A stretch of 64,000 nt of DNA from Vicinamibacteria bacterium. Lineage in GTDB: Bacteria > Acidobacteriota > Vicinamibacteria > Marinacidobacterales > Marinacidobacteraceae. Made by a program: the position numbers and the translations under genes. Shown here in pieces: positions 1-10,014 of the stretch. The stretch lies in contig OY729431.1 in the NCBI GenBank assembly GCA_963422395.1, positions 1,536,001 to 1,600,000 on the forward strand. Direction: 5' to 3'. Under the pieces are notes generated by a model. It made no database searches and was not told the origin of the DNA. It saw only the letters and a program-made list of their open reading frames with translations. Every line of letters begins with the position of its first letter. Position 1 is the first letter of the stretch.

Positions 1-1151
1 CGGGCACGGCGGGCAGCCTCCCGGTAACGCCTCCTGCGCTCGGCGGCCGCCGCGAGGCCGATCTCGAGGCGGGGGTCGCCGGGCCAGACGGCGCGGAAGC
101 GGGTTTCGAGCTCTGCGAGCGGGTGACTCTCTTCCGCGAGGAAGAGGGCGGCGCCCAGCGCACTCATCACTTCAGGCGCGTCCGGCAGCTCGCCCACTGC
201 CGAAAGCGCCCGCCGCTGCGCTTCGTCTCCGCGTTCCCGCTCCAGCAGCCGGTGGACTTCGAGCGCCCGCGCCGGCGGAAAGCGCGGGTTGATCGCAAGC
301 GCTTCCGCAAGGGGGTCCGCCGCCGGCAGCGGGGTTCCGCCAGAGCCGGCCGGCAAGCGGGCCAATCCGTAGAGCGCGCGCGGATTCCGGGGATTTTGCC
401 GCAGAACGGACTCGAGACTCTCCCGCGCCTCCGCGGTGTTGAACTTGTCGAGCAACAGCTCCGCAGCCAGCAGGCGCGGCAGGGGATCGGCGGGGTCGAG
501 GGCCGCGGCCTCGTCGAAGACGCGCAGCGCATCGCGGAAGAGCCCCGGGCTCCGGAATCCGAGCCGCGCCGCCGCCTGTCCCACGGCGGTGAGCTCGCGG
601 GCCGAAAAGGCCGCTGCCGGCAGCTCGTCATACACCGCGATCACCTCGTCGAGGCGGGCGAAGCCCGCTTCCCGCTCGCCAACGCGCAGTTGCAGCAAGC
701 CGAGCAGGGTTTCCCCTTCGAGCCAGTCGGTTCCGACTTTTCCGCGGACCTGAGCGAGCATCTCGTCCAGCGCGTCTCGCGCCGGTGCGGCCTCTCCCCG
801 TTCGAGGTGGATCCGCGCCCTTTCGAGGAGGAGTGCGGGTTCGGGCGGCGTTTCCGGATCCGGCGGGGTGAGCACTGCGAGCGCTTCCCGGTATCGGCCG
901 GTCAGCCGCAGGGTTTCCGCGAGCCCCCGAAGCGCCTCGGGGGTGCGGCCCGCCTGGCGGTACAGCGCCTCGGCTTCCTGGTAGTGTCCCGAATGGAGTG
1001 CCGCCGCGGCGGCGGGCGGTCCGCCGGGCCAGGAAGACGCTGGGGGGACGGGGGCGGCGGACGCCGGCGGCGCAGTGCCTCCTGCCGAGGCCAGCAGCAG
1101 CCCCGCGGCCATTCCCGCCGCCGCGGCGCCGCGAACGCGAGGATTCCTCAT
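1..1151 (-). CDS. Exported TPR-repeat protein, 5' part (runs off the window start)
   Basis: Hand translation from ATG 1151 (ATGA overlap with the upstream stop): MRNPRVRGAAAAGMAAGLLLASA signal, then helical TPR-like repeats (YQEAEALYR, ALLLERARIHLERG, LLLDKFNTAEARESLESVLRQNPRNPRALYGLA). Not in the ORF track, probably because it is open-ended. Confidence 0.75.
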   Translation of the reverse strand, partial: MRNPRVRGAAAAGMAAGLLLASAGGTAPPASAAPVPPASSWPGGPPAAAAALHSGHYQEAEALYRQAGRTPEALRGLAETLRLTGRYREALAVLTPPDPETPPEPALLLERARIHLERGEAAPARDALDEMLAQVRGKVGTDWLEGETLLGLLQLRVGEREAGFARLDEVIAVYDELPAAAFSARELTAVGQAAARLGFRSPGLFRDALRVFDEAAALDPADPLPRLLAAELLLDKFNTAEARESLESVLRQNPRNPRALYGLARLPAGSGGTPLPAADPLAEALAINPRFPPARALEVHRLLERERGDEAQRRALSAVGELPDAPEVMSALGAALFLAEESHPLAELETRFRAVWPGDPRLEIGLAAAAERRRRYREAARRA

Positions 1152-2245
1152 CCCTTCTCCTTCCGGGCGGCCTCGATCCGCTCGGTGATCTCGGCGATTC
1201 GGTAGAGCAGCGCCTCGAGTTCCTCGAGATACCGCGCTTCCTCCATGCTCTCCCGGACCTCGCGGAGCGCATCCACCCGGGCGGCGAGTTCGTCCCGCTC
1301 GGCGATGAGTGCCGCGATCTCCGGATCGCCGGCTTCCGCAGCAGCCTCGGCTGCCGCCGCGGTCCGCAGCATCAGTTCCCGCCGCGCTGCGAGCATGCCG
1401 TCCGACCCGGGAGATGCCTCCGGGTCAAGACTGCCGACTCCATCCCCGTTGTCGTCGAGAAGCGGGTGTTCCGAGCGCAGCAGCCCTGCCTGCTCGTACT
1501 CCTGCTCCACGCCGCGCCGGGCGAAGTCGAAGGCCTCCAGCGCCGACAGCCTCCCGTCCTTGTTCCGGTCGGCGCCGGCGCCCGAAAACGCTGCGATGAA
1601 GTGCTTCGCGAAGCGCGTCTCGTTCGTCTCGTGGGCCCGCGAAGCGGTGAGCAGCACCCGGCCGGGCGCCGACAGCGCCGGCACGAAGGCGCCCGAAGCG
1701 CTGCCGAGGTGGGCCACGGTTACCTCTCCCTCGGAAATCCCGTTGAGCATCTCGGCCAGGTCGCCCGGGGCGAGATCCGGGCCCGGCAGCTGGAATCGGG
1801 CGTCCGCCCCGCCGCTGCCGTGGCCGATGAGAACGAGGAGCAGAGGTTCTCCCGGATCGATCCCGGCGCCGGCGGCAGCGATCTGACGGCGGATCTCCTC
1901 GCGGGTGCTGCGCCCGGTGGGAACGCACGCCCCGGTTGCTTGCCCCGTTTCCGCAGGCTCCGCCTCCCGCTCCAGGAGGAGCTGGACCGAGAACGGCGCC
2001 GGTCCGGAAACCGCGGCCTCGCAGAGTTCCCGAGCCCAGCGGGAAAATCGTTTACGGTGATTCGGGCTCCCCCCGATCCCGGCGACCACGAGGAGCGTCG
2101 GCTGCCCCCTGCGCCCGGAAACGGCGGTCCGCATCTCCGCGAGGCTCTCTCTACCGGGAAAGAGCCCGAACGCCGACGGCGCGGCAGCGATCAGGGCGGC
2201 AGCGATCAGGGCGGCAGCGCGCAGCGAGGCGCCGGAATCCCTCAC
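1148..2245 (-). CDS. Exported caspase/legumain (C13-like) fold protein with C-terminal coiled coil
   Basis: GTG 2245 overlaps the upstream TGA; signal peptide; LLVLIGHGS motif; ADRNKDGRLS calcium-loop-like motif. Confidence 0.65.
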   Translation of the reverse strand: MRDSGASLRAAALIAAALIAAAPSAFGLFPGRESLAEMRTAVSGRRGQPTLLVVAGIGGSPNHRKRFSRWARELCEAAVSGPAPFSVQLLLEREAEPAETGQATGACVPTGRSTREEIRRQIAAAGAGIDPGEPLLLVLIGHGSGGADARFQLPGPDLAPGDLAEMLNGISEGEVTVAHLGSASGAFVPALSAPGRVLLTASRAHETNETRFAKHFIAAFSGAGADRNKDGRLSALEAFDFARRGVEQEYEQAGLLRSEHPLLDDNGDGVGSLDPEASPGSDGMLAARRELMLRTAAAAEAAAEAGDPEIAALIAERDELAARVDALREVRESMEEARYLEELEALLYRIAEITERIEAARKEKG

Positions 2246-4629
2246 CGAAGACCCCGCAGTGCGCGAAGACACCACTCGCCGGCCAGGAGGCCGAAGATCG
2301 CGAGGAACAGCGCCGGGACATTCCAGAGTTCCCGCCGCTCGATCACCGTGGCGCCCGAAGCGGCGAGGCTCAGGTCGAGCGCGAGCCGATCCGCCTCGTC
2401 GAGGCCGAAGACGCGCCCGCCGGTCGTTTCGGCGATCCGGGAGAGCAGTTCCCGATCCGCCTCGGCCTCGAAGAACTCGTCGTCCACCCTCCCGGCCTCG
2501 AACCAGGCCTCCCCCACCGGACGAGCTCTCTCCGGGCCGGCAGCGCTCTCCGCCCCGTCGCGTCCGCCTCCGGACTCGGGTATCGAAGCACGCGCTTCCA
2601 CCCGATAGGCGCCGGGCGCTGCCGCCCGATAGACGCCCGTGTACTCGCCGTCTGCCTCCCCGTTCCAGCGGAGCGGCACGACCTCCAGCTGCCCGTCGGG
2701 GGCGGTGACCTCCGCTTCGACGACGGCGCGGTTCACGGCGAGGAACCGCTCGTCCTCGACGCTCGCTTCGAGCACGATCGGCTCTCCGAGGAGAGCCCGG
2801 GCGGGGTGTATGGAAACCTCGACCCGGCGCGGAGCGTCGGCCGCCAGCCAGCGAAGCAGCCGCCGCCAGAGCAGTTCGTGCGTCTGATCCTCGACCGCGA
2901 CTGCAGCGTCCATCTGCCACACCCACAGATCCTGGACGGTCAGGCTCGCGGCCCGCCCGCGCCCGAAACGCTGCGATGCCAACACCGGTTCCGGCACGCC
3001 GCCTTCCCGAGCGCCTTCGAGCAGCACCGAGGCGCCGGGCTTGGGCAGCCCCGCGAGGTTCACGCTGGAGAGCAGGGGCAGATTCTGGTAGCGCTCCCGA
3101 TTCGCCGCGGGGTCCGGGTCCAGCCGGACCACCGGATGGGCAGCGCCGGCCCGCGTCGGCAGGACGCGCAGGGAGCGGAACGGGGAGGCGGGCGTCTCGG
3201 AAGCCCCGGCCGGGGCCTGCGGGTCCTCAGCGAGCGAAAGCGGCAGAACCTCGGCGAGCGGGGTGCCGCGGTAGCCGCCCTCGGAGTAGGCGCTTCCCCC
3301 TCCGAGGGTGAGGAGGCCGCCACCCCGTAGGCTCACCAGATCCCGCAACATGTCGAGCTGGTCCTGGGTGAAGAAGCTCGCCTCGACGCTGCCCAGCACC
3401 ACCCCGGAGTAGCGGAAGAGTTCCTCGCGGGTATCCGGGAAGCCGCCGGCCAGCTCGCCGGGGCTCGCGACATCCAGCCGGTAGAACTTTCCTCCGGCAG
3501 TTCGCAGCAGGCAGGCCACGCGCAGTTCGGGGTCGTCGGCGATGGCGCGGCGCAGGAACTTCATCTCCCAGCGCGGCTGCCCCTCGAAATACAGCAGCTC
3601 CACGACCCGGTCCTCGACCAGGACCAGCGCGCTGCGCTCGTTGTTTCGGGTCATCTCCTCCCCCGGGAACGGCGCTACCCGGAAGCGCAGCCGTCTCGCC
3701 CCGGCTTCCTCGACCGGCGTGAGCACGGTGACCGCGGTATCCACCATCGCGCCTTCGAGGCGAACCGCCGCCGAAGCGCTGATCCGGCCCTCGTCCAGGA
3801 CCTCGAGGCGCGCTGTCCGGCCGCCCAGCCCCCGCGCCCGCAGCGGGATCCGGATCTCCAGCATCGAGCCCCGCAACACCCGCCGCGGCACCTCGGGGAC
3901 CCCGAGTTCGAGGTCCGTTTCGAATTCGGACCCACCGACCGCGATCGGATACACCCGAACGCCCTGCGCCTTCAGCTCGAGGAGAGTCTGCTCGAAATCC
4001 GGCGCGCCGGGGCCCGCCGCCGGGACCGCTCCGTCGCTCAACAGCACGATCCCCGCGAGCGGTGCCGCGCCCAGTTCTTCCGCCACCCGGCCGAGCGCCC
4101 CGAAGAGGTCGGTTCGCGCCCCGAGGAACGACAACTCCGACGGAGATGACACCCGTTCCACGGTGTCGGAAAACCGGAAGAACCGGGTCACGAACTGGCG
4201 GTCGAGTTCCGGTCCGAGCGCTCCGGGTACTTCGGAGCCGTCCTCGGGAAAGGCGCGAAGCACCGCGTCTCCCCGGCGCATGCCCTCCCCGTTGTCCTCG
4301 GCGTCGGCGATCTGCATGCTGGCCGAATCGTCGAGCAGCACTCCGACGATGTTCTCCTGCGGAACCACCAAGGACAGGACGAGTTGCGGGCGGAGCAGGC
4401 ACAAGAGCGCCAGGGAGATCGCTCCGGCGCGGAGGGCGGTGAGCAGGAGGCGCTCCCGGGGGCGAAGCCTGCGGCCAACGCGCCGATACCCCAGCACATA
4501 CCAGACGGCCGCCGCGATCAACGCCGCGGCGGCGCCGAAGACGGGCCACGGCGCGAGCAGCATCAGTTCGCCCCGCTCGAAGGCGATCGGAGGATTGCCG
4601 AAGAGCCACTCGAAGACGCGCAAGATCAC
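2242..4629 (-). CDS. Membrane-anchored VWA plus glutamine-amidotransferase-like domain protein
   Basis: N-terminal TM helices, MIDAS-like LLDDSASM...LSDG, EGQPRWEMKFLRR, GGGLLTLGG, C-terminal TM ending EWCLR. Confidence 0.8.
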   Translation of the reverse strand: MILRVFEWLFGNPPIAFERGELMLLAPWPVFGAAAALIAAAVWYVLGYRRVGRRLRPRERLLLTALRAGAISLALLCLLRPQLVLSLVVPQENIVGVLLDDSASMQIADAEDNGEGMRRGDAVLRAFPEDGSEVPGALGPELDRQFVTRFFRFSDTVERVSSPSELSFLGARTDLFGALGRVAEELGAAPLAGIVLLSDGAVPAAGPGAPDFEQTLLELKAQGVRVYPIAVGGSEFETDLELGVPEVPRRVLRGSMLEIRIPLRARGLGGRTARLEVLDEGRISASAAVRLEGAMVDTAVTVLTPVEEAGARRLRFRVAPFPGEEMTRNNERSALVLVEDRVVELLYFEGQPRWEMKFLRRAIADDPELRVACLLRTAGGKFYRLDVASPGELAGGFPDTREELFRYSGVVLGSVEASFFTQDQLDMLRDLVSLRGGGLLTLGGGSAYSEGGYRGTPLAEVLPLSLAEDPQAPAGASETPASPFRSLRVLPTRAGAAHPVVRLDPDPAANRERYQNLPLLSSVNLAGLPKPGASVLLEGAREGGVPEPVLASQRFGRGRAASLTVQDLWVWQMDAAVAVEDQTHELLWRRLLRWLAADAPRRVEVSIHPARALLGEPIVLEASVEDERFLAVNRAVVEAEVTAPDGQLEVVPLRWNGEADGEYTGVYRAAAPGAYRVEARASIPESGGGRDGAESAAGPERARPVGEAWFEAGRVDDEFFEAEADRELLSRIAETTGGRVFGLDEADRLALDLSLAASGATVIERRELWNVPALFLAIFGLLAGEWCLRALRGLR

Positions 4630-4672
4630 GGGGAAGAGAGGTTCCGGAAGGTCGACCGGGTCGGACCGCCGG

Positions 4673-5503
4673 TCAATGGGTCATCGCGTAGATGATGAAG
4701 TTGACTCCCATTTCGTAAGCGTAGGTCGAATAGCGGAGGGGGTAGTAGGGGTTTTCGGCCCATTCCCAGGCGTCACCGAGGTCGGTGTTCCAATTCGCGA
4801 GCACCATCAGACGCCGCTCATCGTCGAAGATCCCCTTCACCCCCGGCACATAGCCATCGCGTTCCCAGGTAGGGCCGCCCCGCATCCCCTGCCCCACATT
4901 GGGCACCTGGACGATCTCGTCCACTTCGTAGAAGGCGCGGAAGACCGGATGGTCCAGCGGGACATCTTCGATCGGGCGCCCCGGCAGGACTCGGCCCATC
5001 TCGTGGGCGAAGTTCCGCCATTCGTCGGTGCCCCAGAAATCGTCCACCACGAGGAACCCGCCGGAGAGGAGGTAGCGCCGAAGTGCCCGGACTTCCTCCT
5101 CGGTCATCGCCATGTAACCGACCTCGACGGCATAGAGGAAGGGGTAGCGGCCGAGGTCCGGGTCGGTCAGCAGGACTCCGTTTTCCCCCTCGTAGGAATC
5201 GAGGTTCGTGAGCCGTTGAAGCCCGATCAGGAACTGCCGGTCGGCCTTGGGATAGTCCACATGCCAGCCGCGCCAGCCGTAGCTGGAATAGGCCGCCCGG
5301 GTGAAATAGAAGTCGTGAGGCCGCTGGTGCGCCGGAGCCTTTCGCCCGAGCCCGTCACCCACAGCTTCGGCGATCAGCTCCCGCAGCTGGAGAGGGGTCG
5401 GTTGGCTCGCCGGCAACGGCGGGAAGAGCGGCGTCCAGCCGGTCAGCCCCGCCGCGGCCGGAACGGCGAGCAGAAGGGAAGCAGCAATCGCTCGGCGGCG
5501 CAC
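4673..5503 (-). CDS. DUF4159 domain protein
   Basis: WHVDYPKAD, YPFLYAVEVG, LRRYLLSGGFLVVDDFWG, NTDLGDAWE, MGVNFIIYAMTH; GTG start inferred. Confidence 0.85.
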   Translation of the reverse strand: MRRRAIAASLLLAVPAAAGLTGWTPLFPPLPASQPTPLQLRELIAEAVGDGLGRKAPAHQRPHDFYFTRAAYSSYGWRGWHVDYPKADRQFLIGLQRLTNLDSYEGENGVLLTDPDLGRYPFLYAVEVGYMAMTEEEVRALRRYLLSGGFLVVDDFWGTDEWRNFAHEMGRVLPGRPIEDVPLDHPVFRAFYEVDEIVQVPNVGQGMRGGPTWERDGYVPGVKGIFDDERRLMVLANWNTDLGDAWEWAENPYYPLRYSTYAYEMGVNFIIYAMTH

Positions 5504-5586
5504 GGCGAGAGAGACTATCGCGGCGGGATCCGCTGGTAGGATTCTCCGCCCTGCTGAAAATCGCGCTTCTCCGGAGAGGTATTGCC

Positions 5587-6660
5587 ATGCGGCTTCTTCC
5601 GCTGCCCATCGTTCTCCTGGCGCTCGCCGCCGGTTCCGCCTGTACTCCGGTCGAAGAATCCGGGCCCGCCGAAGAGGCTGCGGCAACGCCAGCGTTCGTT
5701 CCCGGACCGCCCGCGGACTTCGAGAGACCGCCCATCCCGGCGGACAACCCCCAGACTGCGGACAAGGTCGCCCTCGGAAAACAGCTCTATTTCGACAGGA
5801 GGCTCTCGGCGGACGGCACCCGTTCCTGTTACGACTGCCATCTCGTCGAACACGGCCTCACCGACGGCAAGCCGGTCGCCGAAGGCGCGCTGGGCCGGGT
5901 GCTGACCCGATCGAGCCCCACCCTTTGGAATATCGCCTATCACGACGAGTTCTACTGGGACGGACGGAGCGGATCCCTCGAGGCCCAGGCCCGCGCCGCC
6001 TGGACCGGCGGCAACATGGGCGCCGACGCCGACACGGTGGTCGGGGAACTGAACGCGGTTCCGGGCTATCACGATCAGTTCCAGGAGGTCTTCGGCGGGC
6101 CGGCGACGCCCGAGAATGTGGTCCAGGCCATCGCTGCCTTCGAGCGGGAGGTCTTCTATTGCGGCGATACCGCCTACGACCGTTGGCGGCGGGGGGAGAG
6201 CGCGGCGGTCTCCGATCGAGCCCAGCGCGGCGCCGAGCTCTTCACCGCAGACGCGGGCTGCGCCGCCTGCCACAGCGGGGTGCTGTTCACCGACAGGAAA
6301 TACCACAATGTCGGCATCGGCATGGATGCCGAGGAGCCCGATCTCGGCCGCGGACGGGTCACCGAGGAGGACGCCTGCAGCACGACTGCGGACGAACCCT
6401 GCCAAGGCGCTTTCAAGACCCCCACCCTCCGGGACATCTCGAAGAGCGCCCCGTATTTCCACGACGGCAGCGTCGTTACCCTGGAGGAAGCGGTGCGTCT
6501 CATGGCGAGCGGAGGAATCGACAACCCCTGGATTGACCGGGACGAGTTGCAGGATCGGGAATTGAATGAAGAGCAGATCGGCGATCTGGTGGCTTTTCTC
6601 GAAACGCTCGACTGCGAACACGGGTCGGAGATCTTCCAAAGGCCCTCCCTTCCCGAGTAG
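5587..6660 (+). CDS. Di-heme cytochrome c peroxidase/MauG family lipoprotein
   Basis: Two CxxCH motifs (CYDCH, CAACH), LGKQLYFDRRLS, FKTPTLR, APYFHDGS; lipobox GSAC. Confidence 0.9.
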   Translation: MRLLPLPIVLLALAAGSACTPVEESGPAEEAAATPAFVPGPPADFERPPIPADNPQTADKVALGKQLYFDRRLSADGTRSCYDCHLVEHGLTDGKPVAEGALGRVLTRSSPTLWNIAYHDEFYWDGRSGSLEAQARAAWTGGNMGADADTVVGELNAVPGYHDQFQEVFGGPATPENVVQAIAAFEREVFYCGDTAYDRWRRGESAAVSDRAQRGAELFTADAGCAACHSGVLFTDRKYHNVGIGMDAEEPDLGRGRVTEEDACSTTADEPCQGAFKTPTLRDISKSAPYFHDGSVVTLEEAVRLMASGGIDNPWIDRDELQDRELNEEQIGDLVAFLETLDCEHGSEIFQRPSLPE

Positions 6661-6671
6661 GACAGACCCCG

Positions 6672-6983
6672 ATGGAGATCAGGTTCGAAGGGCGCGGGGA
6701 GCGCTGGACGGGCGCCGCCCGGATCGCCGAGCGGCAGGAAACCGACAAATACCAACCTTGGTCGGTCGAGGTCGAAAGCGGCGGCCGTTCCGTCGAGGGG
6801 ACGATGCTGGTGACGGATCTGGCTGCGGAGGCCGCCTCCGAAAAGGCCCGAAGCAGCGGGGAAGATCCCGGCGCCATCCTGGCGCGCGCCTTTTCGCAGT
6901 CGCTCACCGCCGAACTCGGACTCCGCTCGCTCGCCTCCGGTTTCCGTTTCGTCGTGGATCACCGCTGGATCGTCGGTTACTGA
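6672..6983 (+). CDS. Hypothetical protein (103 aa)
   Basis: 11 bp after the peroxidase, same strand, normal amino-acid composition. Confidence 0.6.
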   Translation: MEIRFEGRGERWTGAARIAERQETDKYQPWSVEVESGGRSVEGTMLVTDLAAEAASEKARSSGEDPGAILARAFSQSLTAELGLRSLASGFRFVVDHRWIVGY

Positions 6984-7045
6984 ATCCGGCGCGCCCCTCC
7001 GGGATCGCCCTGCGGCCCGCTTGGCGGGTCGTCCGCCGAATCGGG

Positions 7046-8014
7046 TTACGGCGGGTCGGGGAGTTCGAAGGCGCCGTAGTAGCCGCGCCGCGCCCGGATC
7101 TCGACATCGCCGAGGTCGGGACGGTCGATTTCCACTTCGATGCGCCGGTATCGGCCCTCTCGTCGGGAGTTCGTCGAGATGTACCCCAGGTTGTACTGGC
7201 TGTAGAGCTCGTCGAGGATTCGGTCGTAGAGCTCGTCGAGCTGATCCAGCGAGGAAGCGAGGGAATACGAGCCGCCGCTGGCATCGGCGATGGCGCGCAG
7301 AAAACGCGAATCGTGAAAGGCTTCATCGTGCCGCCTGCGGTCGCCGAAGTGGATCGAATGGATCTTGGTGTCCCCGAGCTTCACGAGGTCGAGCGCTTCC
7401 GAGAACATCAGCGTGGAGCGTGAATCGGCCCCATCGCTGAACACCGCCAGGGTCTTCCGGCCTTCGTAGTCGTACACCCGGTCGAGGAAAGTGGCGACCG
7501 CATCGTAGAGCGCGGTCCAGCCGTCGGCTTCGATGTCGTAGATCCGGTTGGAGATGGTGCGCTGATCGTCCGAGGAATACTCGGAGAGCCAGATGTTCTC
7601 GTCGAAGCTGATGATGAAGAGATGCTCCGTTCGCGGGATGTTCGTGAGGAACTTGATCGCCGCCTCCCGCAGCAGCGGCATGTCCTCCTCCATGCTGCCC
7701 GAGGAATCGAGCAGCAGCCCGATCACCTGCCGCATCGAGAGTTCCTCCTTCTGTTCCGGGGGCAGCTCGACCCAGGACTCCTCGATCCCGGCGCCGAACA
7801 CCACGATCTCCTGCTCCACGCCATCCTCGAGGATCCGGAAATCCCGGGCGGCGAGCCCGGTGATGAACTCGCCGTTCTTCCGCGTGACCGCAACCGGAAC
7901 CGACACCAGATCCACGCCGGCCTCGAAGCGGGGAATTTGGGGGGAGTCCTGTCCGAACCCCCCGCTGACGGCCGCACCGGTACCGAGCGCGAGAGCCAGG
8001 ACTTTCAGCCTCAT
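7046..8014 (-). CDS. VWA domain protein (Acidobacteria VWFA-related type)
   Basis: Signal peptide, FEAGVDLVSVPVAV, LLDSSGSM MIDAS, TALYDAV, FSDGAD, QYNLGY, RARRGYY. Confidence 0.85.
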   Translation of the reverse strand: MRLKVLALALGTGAAVSGGFGQDSPQIPRFEAGVDLVSVPVAVTRKNGEFITGLAARDFRILEDGVEQEIVVFGAGIEESWVELPPEQKEELSMRQVIGLLLDSSGSMEEDMPLLREAAIKFLTNIPRTEHLFIISFDENIWLSEYSSDDQRTISNRIYDIEADGWTALYDAVATFLDRVYDYEGRKTLAVFSDGADSRSTLMFSEALDLVKLGDTKIHSIHFGDRRRHDEAFHDSRFLRAIADASGGSYSLASSLDQLDELYDRILDELYSQYNLGYISTNSRREGRYRRIEVEIDRPDLGDVEIRARRGYYGAFELPDPP

Positions 8015-8072
8015 CGGCCGAATTCTCCCACGAGTGGAAGCGACCCGCATGAGCGGGGCGGATCGGTCTTCG

Positions 8073-9932
8073 TCAGACCAGTCCTTCGACGGTCGCAAGC
8101 GCGAGGTCGAAGCGGTGGAAAGGAGGCATCACATAGACCCCCGCCGCGAGCCCGCGCGCCGCTCTCACCATCTCCCTGGCGACCGAAACACCGACCTCGC
8201 GCGCCCGTTCGCGGGTCGGCGCCGCCGCGAGCCGGGCGCGCACCGTCTCCGGCACCGTCATCCCCGGCACTTCGTTGTGCAAGAACTCGGCGTTCCGGGA
8301 ACTCACCAACGGGAGCACTCCCACCAGCACCGGCACCCCTTCCTCTCGGATCCGGCCGAGAAAAACCTCGAGCAGGCGGGGTTCATAGACCGGCTGGGTG
8401 AGGCAGTAGTGCGCGCCCGCCTCCCGTTTGCGGTGGAACTTCCGGATCTCGGCTTCCGGATCGGGGGCCGCGGGATTCGCTCCCACGCCGATGTGGAACG
8501 CGACGGTTCCCCCGAGGGTGTTGCCGGCCAGATCGCGTCCGTTTCCCAAGCCGTCGAGGATCCGGACCAGGCCCACCGAATCCACATCGAAGACAGCGGT
8601 CGCGTGCGGATAATCCCCGAGTTTCGGTGGATCTCCGGTCACCGCCAGCAGGTTGCGGATGCCGAGCGCGTGGGCGCCGAGCAGGTCCGCCTGGATTCCG
8701 ATCAGGTTCCGATCCCGGCACTGGTAATGGAGGATCGCTTCGACCTTCGCGTCGCGCTCCAAGAGAGCGGCGAAGGCGATCGCGCTCATGCGCGCCGTCG
8801 CCCGCGGCCCGTCGGCGATGTTCACGAAGCGAATTCCCGCACCCGCAAGCCGTCGGGCGCGGTCGAGGAACCGGCCGGCGCCGCCCCCCCGGGGCGGATC
8901 CATCTCCAACGAAACCACGAATTCTCCCTGCGCCAGAGCCCGCGCCAATGTGGAGCGCTCGCTGGCCGGAACCGTCGCGGCCCTTGCCGAGGGGGCCCCG
9001 GTGCGCTCCACGCGGGCCCTCCGCGCGGGAACGGATTCGCGGGGGCGTCCCGCCGAAGCCGCCCGGACCACGCCGGAGATCGCCGCGATGTGTTCCCGCC
9101 CGGTGCCGCAACAGCCGCCGATCATCGCGACGCCGAGCCCGAGGTAGCGCTTCGCGTAATGGGCCACATAGTCTGGCGAAGAGGGATAGAGAAAACGACC
9201 TTCGACTCTCGCTGGAATGCCGGCGTTCGGCTGCGCCACCAGCGGTAACTCCACTGCTTCCCGCATCCGTTCGAGTGCGGCCAGCGTGCTTTCCGGCCCC
9301 ACCCCGCAGTTGGAACCCACCGCGTCGGCCTCGGCGTCGGCGAGGGCCCGGGCGGCCCGTTCCGGGGACGCGCCGAGGAGCGTCTCCCCCTGCCCGGAAA
9401 AGGTCAGGAGCACGAGTACTCCGATTTGCGGTGCCGCCTCTCGAGCGGCACCCAGAGCCAGCAGCGCCTCCGGCAGGCTGGTGAAGGTCTCGAGCAGCAG
9501 GGCGTCGGCGCCGGCCTCGACGAGGGCGGTGACCTGTTCGGCGAACGCCGCCCGGATCGCTGCCGCCGCCTCCTCGTCGAAGGGGCCCACCACCTCTCCG
9601 GTCGGCCCTACGGAACCGAGCACGAGCGCTTCCGAGCCCGCCGCGCTCCGCGCGATCTCGACGCCGGCGGCGCTGATCGCGGCGACCTCCGCCCCGAGCC
9701 CGTACCGCGCCAGCTTGTAGCGATTCGCTCCGAAGGTGTTCGTGGTGATGAGCTCTGCGCCTGCGCCCCGGTGCGCTGCGTGGATGGCCCGCACCCGCTC
9801 GGGATCCCGCTGGTTCAGCTCGTCGAACGAACGCCCGGGAGAGGCTCCTGCGGTGTAGAGGGCCGCACCCATCGCGCCATCGCCCACCCGGGGCCGCTCC
9901 TTCAAGAAGGCGGCGAGTTCGGCGCGGCGCAT
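8073..9932 (-). CDS. Bifunctional homocysteine S-methyltransferase / methylenetetrahydrofolate reductase (YitJ-like)
   Basis: DGAMG, TTNTFGAN, GSNCG, IGGCCGT, then ADGPRA, CRDRN, TGDPP, LTQPVY, FLHNEVPG. Confidence 0.92.
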   Translation of the reverse strand: MRRAELAAFLKERPRVGDGAMGAALYTAGASPGRSFDELNQRDPERVRAIHAAHRGAGAELITTNTFGANRYKLARYGLGAEVAAISAAGVEIARSAAGSEALVLGSVGPTGEVVGPFDEEAAAAIRAAFAEQVTALVEAGADALLLETFTSLPEALLALGAAREAAPQIGVLVLLTFSGQGETLLGASPERAARALADAEADAVGSNCGVGPESTLAALERMREAVELPLVAQPNAGIPARVEGRFLYPSSPDYVAHYAKRYLGLGVAMIGGCCGTGREHIAAISGVVRAASAGRPRESVPARRARVERTGAPSARAATVPASERSTLARALAQGEFVVSLEMDPPRGGGAGRFLDRARRLAGAGIRFVNIADGPRATARMSAIAFAALLERDAKVEAILHYQCRDRNLIGIQADLLGAHALGIRNLLAVTGDPPKLGDYPHATAVFDVDSVGLVRILDGLGNGRDLAGNTLGGTVAFHIGVGANPAAPDPEAEIRKFHRKREAGAHYCLTQPVYEPRLLEVFLGRIREEGVPVLVGVLPLVSSRNAEFLHNEVPGMTVPETVRARLAAAPTRERAREVGVSVAREMVRAARGLAAGVYVMPPFHRFDLALATVEGLV

Positions 9933-10014
9933 GAGCCGGCGGATTCTAGGTGCCGTCTCCGAGGGGTCCGTCCGGGCGGTGAGCGGGTGCGGCGCCTGCA
10001 TCCCTGCGGCCGGC

